Positions 61,803-64,000 of a DNA stretch of 64,000 nucleotides are shown here, one piece after another. Both the position numbers and the translations under genes were made by a program. The stretch spans positions 1 to 64,000 of the forward strand of contig JAXMNT010000031.1 in NCBI GenBank assembly GCA_034670305.1. Direction: 5' to 3'. This DNA is from Deltaproteobacteria bacterium (GTDB lineage Bacteria > Myxococcota_A > Polyangia > Polyangiales > Houyiibacteriaceae). The notes under the pieces are model-generated. The model was not told where the DNA came from, did no database searches, and worked only from the letters and a program-made list of their open reading frames with translations. Position 1 is the first letter of the stretch, and each line of letters starts with the position of its first letter.

Positions 61803-62993
61803 GTGCAGCGCGTGCACAGGTTGCTGACATCGGCCAAGCGGCGGCGTCGCGTGATGGGCGCGGTGTGGCTCGGTGCGCTTGGTGTCTTCGGCGTGTTCGC
61901 GACCGATGTCGGCGCGCGTCCGGTGCCCACGGGACGCTTCGTCGAGATCCCCTTCGGGGTCTCGGTGCAGCATCCGTCGCGGACCGGAGGCGTCGACGCG
62001 CAGCGGTCGTGGCGCACCGACGCCCGACTTCCCGAACGCGCACCCACCGAACTGTGGCGGGCGAGGGTGGGGCTCGGCCGGGCGACGACCCCGGCGATCG
62101 CGCAGGACGGCACCGCGTTCTTCGGCACGGTCAGTGGCCTCAGCGCGCTGACGTCGGAAGGGGCCGTGCGCTGGGCGCTTCCGCTCGGTGTCGTCAACGC
62201 CACCCCGTCGCTTCGGCCGGATGGCAGCGTCGCGGTCGCGCTCGGACACGGGCAGTTGGTCTTCGTCGGTGCCGGCGGGGCGGGCAGCCGCGTGCCTTTG
62301 GCCGGCGCTTCGTGGGGATCACCGCTGGTGCTCGACGACGGCTCGGTGGTCGTGGGTTCCGGGACCATCCTGCAGCGCGTGGACGCGGACGGCCGGTCCA
62401 TGTTCCGGGTGTCGCTGAGTGAGAACCTCACCGGCACCGCCGCCCTCAGCGGAGAGTTCGTCGTGGTTCCGGTCGGCGCGTCGCTGCACTGGGTCGGGCT
62501 GAGCGGGCAACCGCGACGCGTGGTCGAGCTCGGCGCGAACATCGCGGCCGGACCGTCGATCAACCGCGACGGTGAAGCGTGGGTGCTCACCCACGACGGC
62601 CAACTGATTCGGGTCACCGAGAGCGGTCGCATCGCCGTGCGCACAGTGCTCGACGGAGTGCGGGGATCCCCGGCGACCAACCTCGCGATCGCGCCGGACG
62701 GTTCGGTTCGTTTCGGCACACTGACCACGGGGCTCCTCAACGTGAGTGCCGACGGCGTCGAGCGCTGGCGCTTCGAACGGCCCGACGCACAAATCTCCGG
62801 GCCGGTCGTCGTGGACGCGGACGGACATGCGCTGACGGTGGAACCGGGCGGGGACCTCATCGCGGTCGGTGCGGACGGATCGCTTCGCTGGGCCATTCCG
62901 CTCGAGGCCCGCGTGGACGTCGCGCCGGCCGTCGCCGCCGACGGAACGATCTACGTCTCCTTCGTCCAAGGCGAAGTCCACGCCTTTCGGTAG
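61803..62993 (+). CDS. PQQ-like beta-propeller repeat protein
   Basis: Repeated P.I/V..DG.......L.A...DG..RW blades, ending GEVHAFR. Confidence 0.85.
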   Translation: MQRVHRLLTSAKRRRRVMGAVWLGALGVFGVFATDVGARPVPTGRFVEIPFGVSVQHPSRTGGVDAQRSWRTDARLPERAPTELWRARVGLGRATTPAIAQDGTAFFGTVSGLSALTSEGAVRWALPLGVVNATPSLRPDGSVAVALGHGQLVFVGAGGAGSRVPLAGASWGSPLVLDDGSVVVGSGTILQRVDADGRSMFRVSLSENLTGTAALSGEFVVVPVGASLHWVGLSGQPRRVVELGANIAAGPSINRDGEAWVLTHDGQLIRVTESGRIAVRTVLDGVRGSPATNLAIAPDGSVRFGTLTTGLLNVSADGVERWRFERPDAQISGPVVVDADGHALTVEPGGDLIAVGADGSLRWAIPLEARVDVAPAVAADGTIYVSFVQGEVHAFR

Positions 62994-63073
62994 GCGTGGA
63001 CTTTCGTGGGGGGCCGCTCTCATCGGTATGCTCGACGGGGGTCCGCGGGGCGAGGATGGTAGGTTGCGCGCAC

Positions 63074-64000
63074 ATGACCGACTCAAGTGACCTCCCACCC
63101 AACACGTTCTTCATCGAAGTATCCGGTTCCGGACTTCCCGAAGTGGACGGCCTCTTCGTCCCGTCCACGGCACCTCCGGTGGAATCGGAATCGGGGACGG
63201 TCTCGAGCCTTGGCTACTGGAACGAGCGCATGGCGTGGGACCGAGCCGACGGGAAGTGCGCCCGAAGCCCCGCCATCTCGTACTCGCAGACCTACCAGTC
63301 CTGGAGGATCTGCCGGCTCGACGGGCACCTTGCCTACGACGCGACGTGCGAAGACGAGATGCCGCCGACGGACCGGGAGTGGCACGTCTACAAGAAGGGC
63401 TTGGCCCCTGCGCCCAAGGTGACTCTGCACTACATCGACCCGAGACTGCCGTGCCCCGCGCCAAACGTCGTGTTCGTCCTGGGCGGTCCCGGTGCCGGCA
63501 AAGGAACGATGTGTGAGCTGGCCGAGACGCAGCTCGGCTGGACGCATCTGTCGACCGGCAACCTCCTTCGTGAGGAGCGCGAGAAGGGAGGCGCGACCAC
63601 GGCAACCATCGCTGAGTTCATCGCAGCCGGCAAACTCGTCCCCAACGAGATCGTCGTCACGCTGCTCAAGAACGCGATGGAGACCGTGACGAGGACGACG
63701 GGAAAGAACAACTTCCTGCTCGATGGGTTTCCGCGCTCGCTCAACAACCTCGACGGCTGGTACGAGATCTTCGGCCGCGACGCGGAGCTGCCCAAGATGT
63801 TGTACTTCGAGTGCCCCTACGAAGTGCTCGAACAGCGCATCTTGGGGCGCGCCAAGTTCTCCGGACGAACCGACGACAACGTCGAGAGCATGAAGCTCCG
63901 GTTCGACACCTTCAAAGAAGAGACCCTGCCCACCGTCGAGCTCTTCACCAGCAAGAACAAGTGCACCAACATCGACACGAGCCAAGACCGCGAGACGGTC
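63074..64000 (+). CDS. UMP-CMP kinase (adenylate kinase family) with an extra N-terminal domain; runs off the right edge
   Basis: Manual translation from ATG 63074: ..VVFVLGGPGAGKGTMC..HLSTGNLLREE..GKLVPNEI..FLLDGFPRS..SGRTDDNVESMKLRF. Open to the window end and not in the ORF track. Confidence 0.9.
   Translation, partial: MTDSSDLPPNTFFIEVSGSGLPEVDGLFVPSTAPPVESESGTVSSLGYWNERMAWDRADGKCARSPAISYSQTYQSWRICRLDGHLAYDATCEDEMPPTDREWHVYKKGLAPAPKVTLHYIDPRLPCPAPNVVFVLGGPGAGKGTMCELAETQLGWTHLSTGNLLREEREKGGATTATIAEFIAAGKLVPNEIVVTLLKNAMETVTRTTGKNNFLLDGFPRSLNNLDGWYEIFGRDAELPKMLYFECPYEVLEQRILGRAKFSGRTDDNVESMKLRFDTFKEETLPTVELFTSKNKCTNIDTSQDRETV

Noticed and set aside
63083-63985. 300-aa minus-strand ORF
   Set aside because: Antisense shadow of the plus-strand nucleoside monophosphate kinase.

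Overview
Very GC-rich bacterial chromosome segment. Gene content points to Myxococcota, probably Polyangia (inference): Ser/Thr kinases, AgmX/PglI-type proteins, TSP3/OmpA, a DUF1592-DUF1552 pair and Cys-rich lipoproteins. Recognisable housekeeping genes are purF, katG, dapA, dapB, two acyl-CoA dehydrogenases, a cN-II 5'-nucleotidase and SRAP. I found no rRNA, tRNA, CRISPR array, intact transposase or prophage. Many starts in the ORF track are over-extended, so I give corrected starts where a better one is visible. Most notable: (1) three tandem lipoproteins with an integrin-beta-like VWA domain, plus a fourth TSP3-bearing (CglD-like) relative; (2) an in-frame LtrA-KirBac K+ channel fusion next to a HupE/UreJ gene; (3) a ThiF-nitroreductase (OxzB/Rv1355c-like) gene downstream of a putative PilZ-GNAT fusion, with a divergent STAS/SEC14-like gene; (4) a eukaryote-type UMP-CMP kinase with an extra N-terminal domain, missed by the ORF track; (5) a zinc-ribbon kinase locus with a partner carrying repeated RTM(M/L)G motifs; (6) several intergenic repeat families (hexamer arrays, hairpin+GCCCTT elements, 21-bp and 18-bp tandem repeats), one beside a 5'-truncated four-helix-bundle gene. 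All family assignments come from motif recognition by eye; no searches were run.
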